64,000 nucleotides of DNA from an uncultured Pseudomonadota bacterium (GCA_963774895.1 CAVZGN010000002.1:258091-322090); one strand, 5' to 3'. Shown: positions 18,242 through 28,506, counted from the first letter of the stretch. The notes: generated from the sequence alone by a model not told the origin. Translations and numbers: made by a program.

Positions 18242-18751
18242 TCACAGGTTATTCAGATCAATCTGCTCGGCATTGGTCTTGGCATAGCCGCGCGGGCGGA
18301 TGGCAACGGTGTTGGTTATGCGCGTGCACTGGCTGCCGTCGGTCAGATAAAAACCGTATTCGAAAGTGGGCGTGGCACGGCCGTTGGCTTTTAACTCGGC
18401 AGCGATGGCACGCTCCTGTTCCGGGCGCATCTCGAAGCGCAATTCCAGGTCGGTACTGCCGGGTTTCTCGAAAGCGATGCTCATGGATCGGGTCCATACC
18501 GAATAGCCGGGAAACACCCGCACGCAGGCCAGGGCCGCGATCGGATCCGCCAGGGCCGCCTGCCAGCCGCCGAACATGTCACCGGAAAGGTTGCTGGAGA
18601 ACGCCGTGAGCGGCAGGCGGATGCGCACCCGGCGCCAGCTATCGCTGGCCTCCAGTATCTTGGCGCGCATCTTGTAGAACGGCGGATACAGTTCCAACCG
18701 CCGGGTTTCCGGAAGAAATTTCAGTCTGGCTAGAAAGCGCAGCATTCCCAT
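18242..18751 (-). CDS. hot-dog fold thioesterase-like protein (DUF4442/PaaI-like)
   Basis: About 170 aa. The GDMFGGWQAALADPIAAL core resembles the PaaI/DUF4442 hot-dog fold. Start placed at the internal ATG (MGMLRF). Confidence 0.65.
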   Translation of the reverse strand: MGMLRFLARLKFLPETRRLELYPPFYKMRAKILEASDSWRRVRIRLPLTAFSSNLSGDMFGGWQAALADPIAALACVRVFPGYSVWTRSMSIAFEKPGSTDLELRFEMRPEQERAIAAELKANGRATPTFEYGFYLTDGSQCTRITNTVAIRPRGYAKTNAEQIDLNNL

Positions 18752-18804
18752 GTCCGCTCCTGATCGGTTCAGGTATTCTAGTACCACGCTCGGGGAGAAA
18801 TCGT

Positions 18805-19272
18805 ATGCGTGCAGTACAAAGCTGGCTGGATGAATACAGCGAGAGCCACCGAAATCCGATCAATAAAACCGCGCACTGGATCTGTGTGCCGCTGATCCTG
18901 ATCTCCCTGATCGGACTGCTATGGTCGATCCCGGTGCCGCATGCATTCGCAGCAACCTCACCACTGCTGAACTGGGGCGTGTTGTTCCTGATCGCCGCGT
19001 TGCTGTATTACTACGCACTCGCCTGGCGGCTGGCGCTGGGTATGACAGTGGTGACGCTGGTGATCATCATCATTATCTATGGCGTGAGCCGGTCGCCGGC
19101 CAGCCTGTGGATGGTGTCGTCGTGTGTGTTTGTGGTAGCCTGGATCGGGCAGTTCATTGGCCACAAGATCGAAGGGCGCAAGCCCTCGTTCTTCAAGGAT
19201 ATCCAGTTCCTGCTCATCGGCCCTCTGTGGCTGCTGGCATTCCTGTACCGCGGCCTGCATCTCGCTTACTGA
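18805..19272 (+). CDS. DUF962 (Mpo1-like) membrane protein
   Basis: 155 aa. The blocks YSESHRNPINKTAHWICVP and GQFIGHKIEGRKPSFFKD are typical of DUF962. Confidence 0.8.
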   Translation: MRAVQSWLDEYSESHRNPINKTAHWICVPLILISLIGLLWSIPVPHAFAATSPLLNWGVLFLIAALLYYYALAWRLALGMTVVTLVIIIIIYGVSRSPASLWMVSSCVFVVAWIGQFIGHKIEGRKPSFFKDIQFLLIGPLWLLAFLYRGLHLAY

Positions 19273-20564
19273 TTTTTCAGCGCCACCTGTTTCACGGCTT
19301 CGGCCACCTGCAGATGCACAGCTTTATCCAGTACATGCGGCAGCAGCTCGTCGGGCGGCGCCAGCTCCGAAAGTTTGCTGGCGGCCGCCAGATACATGGC
19401 ATTGGTGAAACGCTTGGCGCGCGCATCCAGGGCGCCGCGGAACAGTGCCGGGAACCCCAGGGCATTGTTGACGCTGCGGCCGTCGGTGGCGAAAGCCGCG
19501 CCGTGTTCCAGCGCCAAACGCGGTTCGATCTCGGCTTCCGGATTCGAGAGCGCGAAGATCAGCTGGCCTTTTTGTACCATCTCCGGCTTGATGAGACCTT
19601 TGACGCCGGTGGTGGCGATGACGATATGCGATTGCTGCATCACTGCTGCGAGACTCGCACGTTTGCCGCCCAGACCTTCCAGCTGTTTTAAGGCGTCCTC
19701 GCGTACATCCGTTCCAAGCACCTGTTTGACTCCGTAGCGCAACAGCAGGCTGGCGATGCCGATACCGGCGGCTCCCAGGCCGATCTGGCCCACGATGGAA
19801 TGCTTGAGATCCTGGTGCACGCGCCGGCTGGCAGTCAGCAGCGCCGCCAGGGTTACGACCGCGGTGCCGTGCTGGTCATCCTGCATCACCGGCTTGTTGA
19901 GTTTCTTTATCAGCGCGGCTTCAATCTCGAAACACGCGGGTGCGGCGATGTCCTCGATATGGATGGCGCCAAACGACGACTCGATCGCCAGCACCGTCTC
20001 GATGACCTTCTTGGGTTCGGTGTCGGTGAGCAGGATCGGTACGCCCGAGATACCGACGAACTTGGCATAGATCATGGCTTTGCCTTCCATCACCGGCAGC
20101 CCGGGGAGCGCGCCGATATGACCGAGGCCGAGTATGGCGGTGCCATTGGTGATGATGCCCACGGTGTTGCCGAGGTTGGTGTACTCCCAGACTTTTTCCG
20201 GGTTCTTCTGGATGGCGAGGCATACCCGCGCCACGCCTGGCGTGTACAGATCGCGCAGCTGCTGGATGGAATCCAGCGCCACTTTGGTGATGGTCTCGAT
20301 CTTGCCGCCGCGGTGACGGTCGAACACCCGGTCGGAACGTCCCAGCAGGCGCGCGTACGGCAGCTCGGCAAGCCGCGCATACAGCTGTTCGCCGGCGGCC
20401 TCGTCCATCTCCACGGTGATTTCCCAGACGCTCTTATCCTGGGTGCGGCGCACCAGTGTGATGTGGTCGATGACGATCCCGCACTCGCCTATGGTGATGA
20501 GGATGCGGCCCAGATTGCCGGGCTGGTGCTTGGATTCGATGACCAGAATTTCAGGAATTTGCAT
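19266..20564 (-). CDS. NAD(P)-dependent malic enzyme with an N-terminal ACT-like domain
   Basis: 432 aa. The malic enzyme core has LYTPGVA, ITNGTAILGLG, FGAIHIEDI and a GLGAAGIG dinucleotide fold, preceded by an ACT-like domain of about 75 aa. Confidence 0.9.
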   Translation of the reverse strand: MQIPEILVIESKHQPGNLGRILITIGECGIVIDHITLVRRTQDKSVWEITVEMDEAAGEQLYARLAELPYARLLGRSDRVFDRHRGGKIETITKVALDSIQQLRDLYTPGVARVCLAIQKNPEKVWEYTNLGNTVGIITNGTAILGLGHIGALPGLPVMEGKAMIYAKFVGISGVPILLTDTEPKKVIETVLAIESSFGAIHIEDIAAPACFEIEAALIKKLNKPVMQDDQHGTAVVTLAALLTASRRVHQDLKHSIVGQIGLGAAGIGIASLLLRYGVKQVLGTDVREDALKQLEGLGGKRASLAAVMQQSHIVIATTGVKGLIKPEMVQKGQLIFALSNPEAEIEPRLALEHGAAFATDGRSVNNALGFPALFRGALDARAKRFTNAMYLAAASKLSELAPPDELLPHVLDKAVHLQVAEAVKQVALKNQ

Positions 20565-20810
20565 GGAGATTTCACATCGGAATGCGATGTTTCTTTAGTG
20601 GCTGTCAGTGTAATGCAGATAATGGAAGAATTCGCGATCTTAAATAATATTTATGTATGCGTATTGCTCTTAGGCATGGGTTTTCATGTCGTTTGGAAAT
20701 AACGCAATCCATTATTAGTTTTGCAATATTACTGGTCTCCGATTTACCTCATTGTGTTTACACTATGCGTTATCACGTTGTAATCGGCGCACGCATAAAT
20801 CAACTCAGTA

Positions 20811-21494
20811 TCAGAATCGATAAACAATGCCAAGCGATGCAAGATTGACGTTGTAATGTCCTACGCTGGAGTCATTGCCAAGGTTAGTGTATCTGTCCCA
20901 GTTTAATCGTGCAGCCCAATGATCGGCAAATAGCCAATTCAAACTAAGTCCATATGTGCCTTCCCAATTTGTATTACTCAAGTTTTGAGAATATGGCTGT
21001 TCACCGGCTTGATATGGGGGTAATGGGACAACGCCTATATTCAATTCGGAATGTGCATCGATTTCTCCGGCTCGCGCGGATATGGACCAACCGTCATCAA
21101 ATGGGTAAGTACCGGTGAGCACCAATGTCCAGCCGTGTGTCTTTAGGTTTAAATTCACATCGTAAGAGAACTGGCAAAGAAGACCACATGTATTGGAACC
21201 TGGCGGAGGATAAGAACCTATATAGCTGGCATTTCCAGTAACCTGTCCAAAATCCACATAACCGGCTTCCAGACCAAAATATTGATTGAATTGATATCCA
21301 GCGTTTAACCGATAGCCAGTGTCTGTAGTATTCGTTATGGGTGCGTAATTTGCAGAATTCAAATCACCCGTTCCGGTAAATTTTGATTGGCCCGCATCGG
21401 CTGCCACATACCAACCACTGTTGTCTGCTAATGCTATCGATGAGGGGGAAATCAAGCCAAAGATCAGAATGATGATGAGATTTCGATTAACCAT
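20811..21494 (-). CDS. outer-membrane beta-barrel protein (OMP_b-brl/OmpA-barrel like)
   Basis: 227 aa with a signal peptide ending IALA, alternating aromatic/Gly beta-strand pattern, and a C-terminal ...GIVYRF with terminal Phe. Markedly lower GC than its neighbours. Confidence 0.8.
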   Translation of the reverse strand: MVNRNLIIILIFGLISPSSIALADNSGWYVAADAGQSKFTGTGDLNSANYAPITNTTDTGYRLNAGYQFNQYFGLEAGYVDFGQVTGNASYIGSYPPPGSNTCGLLCQFSYDVNLNLKTHGWTLVLTGTYPFDDGWSISARAGEIDAHSELNIGVVPLPPYQAGEQPYSQNLSNTNWEGTYGLSLNWLFADHWAARLNWDRYTNLGNDSSVGHYNVNLASLGIVYRF

Positions 21495-21675
21495 ATCTGT
21501 ACCCTCCCCTGCTCCTTGTATATAACGACATGCTTATTCCCACGCACCATCCATGGTTAAGTTGACAATTAATATTATCGATAACTACAAAATACCGCGT
21601 ATTTAAACACGGTTGAATAGGTAGTAATCTTATTAAAAACAGTCGGTTACGAAATGCGCAGACCCCCTATACACA

Positions 21676-22911
21676 TTATGCGCGCGCACGCCGCAGCGGA
21701 CGTTTACCGGGTTTGAAGGTGCTGATCTTTCCGCCCAGTGATAACGCCAAACCATCGCTAAAGGCCTGCATGGCGTGTTCCGGTTCGCCCAGTGACCTGA
21801 GCAGTTTGCCCAGCTCTTCATAGGCTTCCGGCCGCCCGCCCAGCACGATGCTGGATTCCAGATAGCTGCGGGCCTTGCCCCAGAGTTTGGCTACCACGCA
21901 CAGCCGGCCCGCGGTGAGCAACAACGCGGCACTCTCGCCTTTCTGATTCAGCCAGTCTTCCACCCGCGCCAGCTGCCGCACCGGATCATCGGCACGCGTC
22001 TGTCCATACAGCACCACCAGCTCTTCATCCCAATCGGACTTGAGCGCATCCCGGGCGATGCTCTCCGCGGTCTTGTATTCGCCAAACTTGATCAAGGCAC
22101 CCACGTAAGCACGCACCACGTCGATGTTGCTGCGCAAGCGCCGCGGCATGTCACTCCACAGAACCCTAGCCTGGACGCTCCCGGATTTCGCATCCAGGCG
22201 TTCCAGCAAGGCGCATACCGCCCGCACTTCCAGCCGGTCGATCTGTGCGCGTGGCATCACATTCAGCTCACGCAATTTGGGGATCAACGCCCGCAACGGC
22301 ATCCAGTCGCCGAGCCTCCGATAGAGACGTGCCAGCAGTTTCAGGCCGTACGCATGTTTAGGATCCAGTTCCTGCAGATGCCGCAGCGTGGCCAGGGCCT
22401 GTTCATACTGGCGGTGGGCGATCTCCAGTTCCGCCTGGGTGAGCAGCACCGCCAGATGCGCGGCCGGCACCTGTTCATAGGCGCGCCGCAGGTAATCATC
22501 ACGGCGTTCATGCGCGCCCTGCATCTGGGCGGCACGCGCTGCCGCGATGTAGGTGATGAGCGGCACTTTGCTGTCGGCGGCATGCCGCATGAGGTGACGT
22601 TCGCTGTCGCTCCAGCGGCCTTCAGCCAGATCGATGAGCCCGCGGATGGAAGAGCGGCGCGCGCGCTGCTCGCGGCGCCGTTCCAGGGCTTCGCGTAGAC
22701 GCCGCGGGAAGGTCCAAAGCTTCACCACCAGGGTGGTGAACAGGTACAAAGAGAAGAACACGAACAGTATCAGCACCATCAGGGTGCCAAGCGACATCTC
22801 CACGCTGGTGCGGTGCCAGGAGAGCAATACGTAACCGTTGTCCACATTCAGCGCGCCGGCGACGATGACGGCAGCCAGTAACGCCAGCAGCAGGAAGAAG
22901 GCGTATTTCAT
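21676..22911 (-). CDS. hemY: HemY-type protein (heme biosynthesis-associated TPR membrane protein)
   Basis: 411 aa with two N-terminal TM helices and a TPR-like C-terminus. It sits in the last position of the hemCDXY cluster. Confidence 0.88.
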   Translation of the reverse strand: MKYAFFLLLALLAAVIVAGALNVDNGYVLLSWHRTSVEMSLGTLMVLILFVFFSLYLFTTLVVKLWTFPRRLREALERRREQRARRSSIRGLIDLAEGRWSDSERHLMRHAADSKVPLITYIAAARAAQMQGAHERRDDYLRRAYEQVPAAHLAVLLTQAELEIAHRQYEQALATLRHLQELDPKHAYGLKLLARLYRRLGDWMPLRALIPKLRELNVMPRAQIDRLEVRAVCALLERLDAKSGSVQARVLWSDMPRRLRSNIDVVRAYVGALIKFGEYKTAESIARDALKSDWDEELVVLYGQTRADDPVRQLARVEDWLNQKGESAALLLTAGRLCVVAKLWGKARSYLESSIVLGGRPEAYEELGKLLRSLGEPEHAMQAFSDGLALSLGGKISTFKPGKRPLRRARA

Positions 22912-23984
22912 GGCGCCTTGTCCCGCCCCGGCTCGGTGTGACGCAGGAGCGCGAGGGAAGCGGAGATATCCGGCAGTGGTGGATTGATGTTTTGCTGCTG
23001 TATCTTGGCGAGCGCCTCGATAGCGGCTTTTATGCCGCTGTCCTGGGTATCGAAATAGTCTTCAAGCCAGCGGCCAGCCATTTGTGCACTGCTATGGAAG
23101 GCAGCGTTGTCACGTTCCAGCAAGGCCGCGCGTGCCGCGGCCAGACGCAGCTGCAGGTTCTGGCGCAGGAAATATTCCTGCTGGGGCTCCAGCAACGGTT
23201 CGATACCGGTTTGGCGGTGGTGTACGGTAAATATTTCCTTGAAGAGCCGTTCGAGTCCGGCCTTGAACCGTTGCCACAGCGTCGAGGTCGGTTGCATGCC
23301 GTTGTCGGAAGGCTGTCCAGGAACGTAGCGCTCCGGCGCCACGCGCCTGAGCGGCCAGCGGGACACCGATTCACTGAGACTCGTGAGGGTGGCGGCCATG
23401 CCGGTCACATCGGCCTGCGGTACCGCACGCAAGGCGGCTTCTTCACGGGCAATCTGTTGACGCACCGGGATGAGCTGCGGATCTGACAGCAATTTCAGCC
23501 TGTCATCGGCGCTGGCGAGCGCCTTCAAGGCCAGGACAGGCTCGGCATTCAGATGTACCTGCTCATTGGCCGCCATCAGCAAGCTGGCCGCTTCGGCTTT
23601 TATCCAGGCATCGCGCCCCTGTTCGGAACGCCGCCGCAGGTCGGTGAGCGCCGCATCCATGCTGTCCAGCCGGTCGCTGAAGCCCTTGAGCGTCTGCTGG
23701 GTGACGTTGACGTCTTTATCCAATTCACTGTGGGATACGGCCGACTGCGTGAGCACATCCAGTTGCTGTTTTAGTGTTTGTAGTCCGGTTTTTGACAAAG
23801 CCGCCTGGGCGTGTTGTACCCGTTCGAAGTTGACCCAACCGGCGACCACCAGGATCAGGGCCACGATTGCCAGCACCAGCGCCAGCCACCCGGTCCAATG
23901 TGGACTGCGGTTCAGGTACGCGGGTGTGAGTTTCGCCAGGTTTTTCCCCGGACCGCCTTTTTCACCCGATTCATGCGCGCTCAT
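22908..23984 (-). CDS. hemX: HemX-type protein (annotated family: uroporphyrinogen-III C-methyltransferase-like membrane protein)
   Basis: One TM helix followed by a coiled-coil-rich periplasmic region. Start set at 23984 (AGGAGAG ribosome-binding site), overlapping the hemD stop. Confidence 0.85.
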   Translation of the reverse strand: MSAHESGEKGGPGKNLAKLTPAYLNRSPHWTGWLALVLAIVALILVVAGWVNFERVQHAQAALSKTGLQTLKQQLDVLTQSAVSHSELDKDVNVTQQTLKGFSDRLDSMDAALTDLRRRSEQGRDAWIKAEAASLLMAANEQVHLNAEPVLALKALASADDRLKLLSDPQLIPVRQQIAREEAALRAVPQADVTGMAATLTSLSESVSRWPLRRVAPERYVPGQPSDNGMQPTSTLWQRFKAGLERLFKEIFTVHHRQTGIEPLLEPQQEYFLRQNLQLRLAAARAALLERDNAAFHSSAQMAGRWLEDYFDTQDSGIKAAIEALAKIQQQNINPPLPDISASLALLRHTEPGRDKAP

Positions 23985-24792
23985 GCTCTCTCCTGTGCTT
24001 GCGTTGTTCACGTCCCTGGCGTGTCCACCATTGCACCAAGGCCAGAACCAGTGCGCGATCGCTGGCATCAGCGGCGACCAACGGACGGCGGCGGATGCCC
24101 AGGGCACCCGCCAGTTTAATCAAGCGCGCGCTGGATACCAAAAGCTGGGCCGCGCGCAGATACGGCGTGAGCGCCGGGCTCAGCATGCGGTCCAGGTTGA
24201 GCAGCGCCTCGCGGCTGGTGACGGCGATGGCGTCGACCTTGCCTTCGCGGAACCGGCGGCCGAGCTCGCTGTGGTCCAGGCGCGGCACGTTGCGGCGATA
24301 GACCTCGGCGTAATCCACGTCCGCGCCGCGCTCCTCCAGAGTCTCGGCCAGCAATTCGCGTCCACCCTGACCGCGCACGATCAATATGCGTTTATCGTTC
24401 ACTGCGTTCAGGGCCTTGAGCTTCAGCAGCGCTTCGCTGTTGGTGCCATCGCGGGGCAGCATGTCGGGTTTGCGGCCATGGGCGATGAGAGCGCGTGCCG
24501 TGCCCGGACCGATGGCCGCCAGTTTGAGTTTCGACGGCAGGGCGCTGAAATCCAGGTAATCAGCCGCATAGTCCACGGCATTGGGACTTATGAATATCAT
24601 GTAATGGTAGCGTTCTAGCCGCTTGAAGCAGGCTTCCAGTTCCGCCGTAGCCGTCACCGGCTGGATCTCGATAGTGGGGAAATGCAGCACTTCCGCGCCT
24701 TTGCTTTCCAGACGCGCCTTCAGGGCTTCACCCTGGTGCATGGGGCGGGTGATGACGATGCCGGTTTCCTTAAGTGGTCTTGCAGCAGCCAC
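23971..24792 (-). CDS. hemD: uroporphyrinogen-III synthase
   Basis: 273 aa with HemD-family blocks (VITRP...PTIEI...IFISPNAV) and a position between hemC and hemX. Confidence 0.9.
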   Translation of the reverse strand: MAAARPLKETGIVITRPMHQGEALKARLESKGAEVLHFPTIEIQPVTATAELEACFKRLERYHYMIFISPNAVDYAADYLDFSALPSKLKLAAIGPGTARALIAHGRKPDMLPRDGTNSEALLKLKALNAVNDKRILIVRGQGGRELLAETLEERGADVDYAEVYRRNVPRLDHSELGRRFREGKVDAIAVTSREALLNLDRMLSPALTPYLRAAQLLVSSARLIKLAGALGIRRRPLVAADASDRALVLALVQWWTRQGREQRKHRREHERA

Positions 24793-24797
24793 GGTTA

Positions 24798-25724
24798 CTA
24801 ACCTGTTACCTGGCGCAGCACTTCGGCAGCGCCCCGCCCCAGCATATCCGCCGCCAGCCGTGCGCCGAGGATTTCGCCCTGATCAACGCGGCCCTGGATT
24901 TCACCAGCAACGATCCGACTGCCATCCGGCAGTCCCACCAGGCCGCGCAGGCACAGCGTCTGGGCATCGAGTTCCGCATACCCCGCCACCGGCAAGGTGC
25001 AGCTGCCGGACAACCCTCGATTCAGGGCCCGTTCTGCCTGCGTGCGCTGCCAGGTGGGCGCATGATTGAGTGGTGCGAGCAAGCGGCGGGTCTCCTTGTC
25101 AGCGATGCGGCATTCGATGCCGATGGTGCCCTGGGCGATGGCCGGCAGGCTCACCTGCGGGTCCATTACGCTGGTGATATTGTGCGCAAGTTGCAGCCGC
25201 TTCAATCCCGCCACCGCCAAGATCACGGCATCATAATCCCCAAGCGCCAGCTTCTTGAGACGGGTATCCACATTGCCGCGCAGCGGCAGGATGCACAGAT
25301 CCGGGCGCTGCCGCAGCAACTGGCATTGGCGGCGCAGGCTGGAGCTGCCCACGCGGGCTCCCGGGGGCAGCGTCGTCAAGGATTTCCAGCGGGCTGATAG
25401 GAAGGCATCCCGCGGGTCTTCACGCTCCAACACCGCGGCGATCATGAATTCCTCCGGTACCACGACCGGCACGTCCTTCATGGAATGCACCGCCAGGTCA
25501 GCGCGCTGGTCGGCGAGCGCGGCCTCCAATTCTTTCACAAACAACCCTTTACCCCCGGCCAATGCCAGCGAGTCCTGCAGGTTGCGGTCACCCTGGGTGG
25601 TGAGCGGCAGCAGTTCGACCGGACGCGGCGCCGCCAGCGTCTGCAAGCGCGCTGCCACATGGCGCGCTTGCCACAGGGCCAGTGCGCTGTTGCGCGTTGC
25701 GATACGCAGAGGTTCGAGATGCAT
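24798..25724 (-). CDS. hemC: hydroxymethylbilane synthase (porphobilinogen deaminase)
   Basis: 308 aa with LRIATRNSALALWQA, GDYDAVILAVAGLKRL and the cofactor Cys region GSCTLPVAGYA. Confidence 0.95.
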   Translation of the reverse strand: MHLEPLRIATRNSALALWQARHVAARLQTLAAPRPVELLPLTTQGDRNLQDSLALAGGKGLFVKELEAALADQRADLAVHSMKDVPVVVPEEFMIAAVLEREDPRDAFLSARWKSLTTLPPGARVGSSSLRRQCQLLRQRPDLCILPLRGNVDTRLKKLALGDYDAVILAVAGLKRLQLAHNITSVMDPQVSLPAIAQGTIGIECRIADKETRRLLAPLNHAPTWQRTQAERALNRGLSGSCTLPVAGYAELDAQTLCLRGLVGLPDGSRIVAGEIQGRVDQGEILGARLAADMLGRGAAEVLRQVTG

Positions 25725-25776
25725 CGATTGGCAGCGGGCAAAAGGGCGCTAATCGTAGCAGGAATACGCCGGGGGT

Positions 25777-26511
25777 TTAACGGGCGTTGCGCAGGTGGGC
25801 GCGCACGTCCGCCACCATGCGCCGGCTGACTTCCACCGGCCCGCTACGGCCATTCAGATATACATTGAAATGCCCATCGTCGCTCTTCTCCAGACTGCGC
25901 ACATACGCCAGCGCCACCAGTGCATTACGGTGCACACGGATGAAAAGTTTGGAAAACTCCTTTTCCAGGTCCTTAAGGGCCTCATCGATCAGCAGTTCAC
26001 CCTGGCTGTGACATACGGTCACGTATTTCTGGTCGGCGATGAAGCATTGGATGGTGTCCACCGGCACCACCTGCAGTTTATCCCGCAAGCGCGCACATAT
26101 ATGGTGGCGCGCCTCGTGCCCGGTTTGCTGAGACAACTGGTTGAGCTGCACGCGATTCAGCCGGCCGGCGTTCGTGAGTGCCGCCGCGAGTTGCGCCTGG
26201 CGCACCGGTTTCAGCAGATAGGCGATGGCGCGGGTATTGAAGGCCTCCACCGCGAATTCATCGTAGGCCGTGGTAAACACGATCGCCGGAGGATTATCCT
26301 GTCCTGCCAGATGACGCGCGGTCTCCAGACCGTCCATCACCGGCATGCGTATGTCCAGCAGCAGCACATCCGGTTGTGTGGTCTCCCAAAGGCGCAGCGC
26401 TTCGCGGCCATTGACTGCCTCACCCACGACATCGCAACCGGGGATTTCGGCCAGCAGACTCTTGAGGCGTATGCGTGCCGGTGATTCGTCGTCGACCACA
26501 AGAACTTTCAT
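25777..26511 (-). CDS. algR: LytR/AlgR family response regulator (REC + LytTR)
   Basis: 244 aa with a REC domain (VLVVDDE...LLDIRMP) and a LytTR DNA-binding domain (FIRVHRNALV). Located directly upstream of hemC, as in Pseudomonas. Confidence 0.85.
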   Translation of the reverse strand: MKVLVVDDESPARIRLKSLLAEIPGCDVVGEAVNGREALRLWETTQPDVLLLDIRMPVMDGLETARHLAGQDNPPAIVFTTAYDEFAVEAFNTRAIAYLLKPVRQAQLAAALTNAGRLNRVQLNQLSQQTGHEARHHICARLRDKLQVVPVDTIQCFIADQKYVTVCHSQGELLIDEALKDLEKEFSKLFIRVHRNALVALAYVRSLEKSDDGHFNVYLNGRSGPVEVSRRMVADVRAHLRNAR

Positions 26512-27584
26512 GACGTGAGTTTCTCATACGGAAAATGCACGCACACGTGGTAAAAACCATCGGTGTTGGCGACCTCCAGACTGGCACGGCCCGGCCAGGC
26601 GAGCATCAGGCGCTGGCGTACGTTTTCCATGGCCATCTGGTTGCCGTGCCGTCGGGGTGCGTTGGCCGGCGGCAGCGGATTGACGATCTCGATAGTCAGG
26701 ATATCGGCGTCGCGGGTGCCATGCACCTCGACGGCACCGCCCTCGGGCTGGGTTTCGATGCCGTGATAGATGGCATTTTCCAGTAGTGGTTGCAGTAGCA
26801 GTTGCGGCACATGCGCATCCGCGGGTAACGCATCGGTTTGCCAGTTCACTTTCAGGCGCTCGCCGAGGCGCAATTCCTCAATGCGCTGGTACTGTTGCGC
26901 CATGGCGATCTCCTCGGCCAGCGTCACCGTAGGGCTGGTCTTCTTGAGGCTGGCGCGGAACAGATCCGCCAGGTCCATGATGGTGTGTTCTGCCAGTTCC
27001 GGGTTGCTGCGGATCAGCGAGGCGATGGTATTGATGCTGTTGAATAGGAAATGCGGATGGATGCGCGCCTGCAGCGCTTCGATACGCGCGCGCGCCTCGC
27101 GCTGCACATTGCGCTTCCATTGATACTGAACGTAGAAATAGCGCAGCAACAGGATACTGACGATCACGCATATCAGCAGGTTGCGCAGCACGAAACCGGC
27201 GTGATCCAGGGGCATGAAGGCCTGGCCGATACCGGTGTAGCTGGAGAGCCGGAAGGCGATCTCGCTCAGCGCGCCAGTGGTGATCAGCAACAACGTGAAA
27301 CTGGCGATGGCGGCCTGACGCAGGGGTATGCGCGCCAGTGGTTTGCGTGCCGCACACAGCACTCCCGCACTGGTCAGGCCGATCCATTGCAGGAACAGCG
27401 ACAGGCGTCCCAGATCCAGCCACAGGTTGATTCCCTCCCCGGGTAGATGGCGGGCAATCACCAGCAGGAAGGCCACCAATTCGGCGATCAACACCACTAC
27501 CAGGACCACCGGGCCGGAACAGAAATCCGGCAGGAAGAAATCCTGCGGTGAATTTTGGGATCGTTGGGGCTCGGCCATGCGCAT
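26508..27584 (-). CDS. LytS/AlgZ(FimS)-type sensor histidine kinase
   Basis: 358 aa with four N-terminal TM helices, a His_kinase block QARIHPHFLFNSINTI, and an HATPase_c region. Overlaps algR by 4 nt. Confidence 0.82.
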   Translation of the reverse strand: MRMAEPQRSQNSPQDFFLPDFCSGPVVLVVVLIAELVAFLLVIARHLPGEGINLWLDLGRLSLFLQWIGLTSAGVLCAARKPLARIPLRQAAIASFTLLLITTGALSEIAFRLSSYTGIGQAFMPLDHAGFVLRNLLICVIVSILLLRYFYVQYQWKRNVQREARARIEALQARIHPHFLFNSINTIASLIRSNPELAEHTIMDLADLFRASLKKTSPTVTLAEEIAMAQQYQRIEELRLGERLKVNWQTDALPADAHVPQLLLQPLLENAIYHGIETQPEGGAVEVHGTRDADILTIEIVNPLPPANAPRRHGNQMAMENVRQRLMLAWPGRASLEVANTDGFYHVCVHFPYEKLTS

Positions 27585-27621
27585 CAGTGTGGCATTTCAT
27601 GCCCGGCTTGGGGAGGGCGTG

Positions 27622-28506
27622 TCAGCCCCCGGATGCAAACAGCCTGCGCTTAAGCCGGTGCAGGGACGAGATGTCCTCATCGCCATGGCCGGATTCCTGC
27701 AGGCGCCGGTAATGCAGCAGCGTCATTTCCACCAGCGGCAGTTGCACGCCACGGGCAGCGGCCATCTGCTGCACGATTTTCAGATCCTTGTAGTGCAGGG
27801 CTACCTTGAAGCCTAATGGATAACGCCCTGCGGCCATGTTGGGTCCGCGGTGGCTCATGAACCAGGAACCGGCCGCGCCGCTGCCCACCACCTCGATGAC
27901 CTTGTCCAGCGGCAGGCCTTCGGCCTCGGCGAAAGCCAGTGCTTCGGTGACCGCCTGCGCGATGCCGGCCACGGCGATCTGGTTCACGGCCTTGGTGGCC
28001 TGGCCGGCGCCCACCGGTCCCATCAACACCACGCGTTGGCCGAGGGCTCTCAGTATCGGCTGCGCCCGTTCGAAAACCTTGTCATCACCGCCGCACATGA
28101 TGGCGAGCATGCCCTGCTTCGCGCCCTCGGTGCCGCCGGATACCGGGCAGTCGAGAAAATCGATTTTGTTTTTGGCCAGCTGTTGTGCTGCCGTGCGTGC
28201 GGTCGCGGCGCTGACCGTCGAGCAATCCAGCACCAGCGCGCCCGGTTTGAGATCATTTGCCAGCTGCCCGACAACGTCCAACACATCCTGGTCAGCAGAC
28301 ACACACACGACCACGGCATCGCAGTCTTTTGCCAGAGCGCTGATGTCTCTGGCCGCCGAACAGCCGGTTTCCTTGGCCAGTGCTTCAGCTTTGGAATAGG
28401 TGCGGTTGTATGCCGCGGTCAGCAACCCGGCTTTGTGCAGATTGAGCGCCATGGGGTAACCCATGGCGCCGAGACCGATGAAACCCACTTTGGAGTAAAT
28501 GTTCAT
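27622..28506 (-). CDS. NAD(P)-dependent oxidoreductase, 3-hydroxyisobutyrate dehydrogenase family
   Basis: 294 aa with a GFIGLGAMGYPMALNL Rossmann motif and a conserved DCPVSGG block. Confidence 0.88.
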   Translation of the reverse strand: MNIYSKVGFIGLGAMGYPMALNLHKAGLLTAAYNRTYSKAEALAKETGCSAARDISALAKDCDAVVVCVSADQDVLDVVGQLANDLKPGALVLDCSTVSAATARTAAQQLAKNKIDFLDCPVSGGTEGAKQGMLAIMCGGDDKVFERAQPILRALGQRVVLMGPVGAGQATKAVNQIAVAGIAQAVTEALAFAEAEGLPLDKVIEVVGSGAAGSWFMSHRGPNMAAGRYPLGFKVALHYKDLKIVQQMAAARGVQLPLVEMTLLHYRRLQESGHGDEDISSLHRLKRRLFASGG

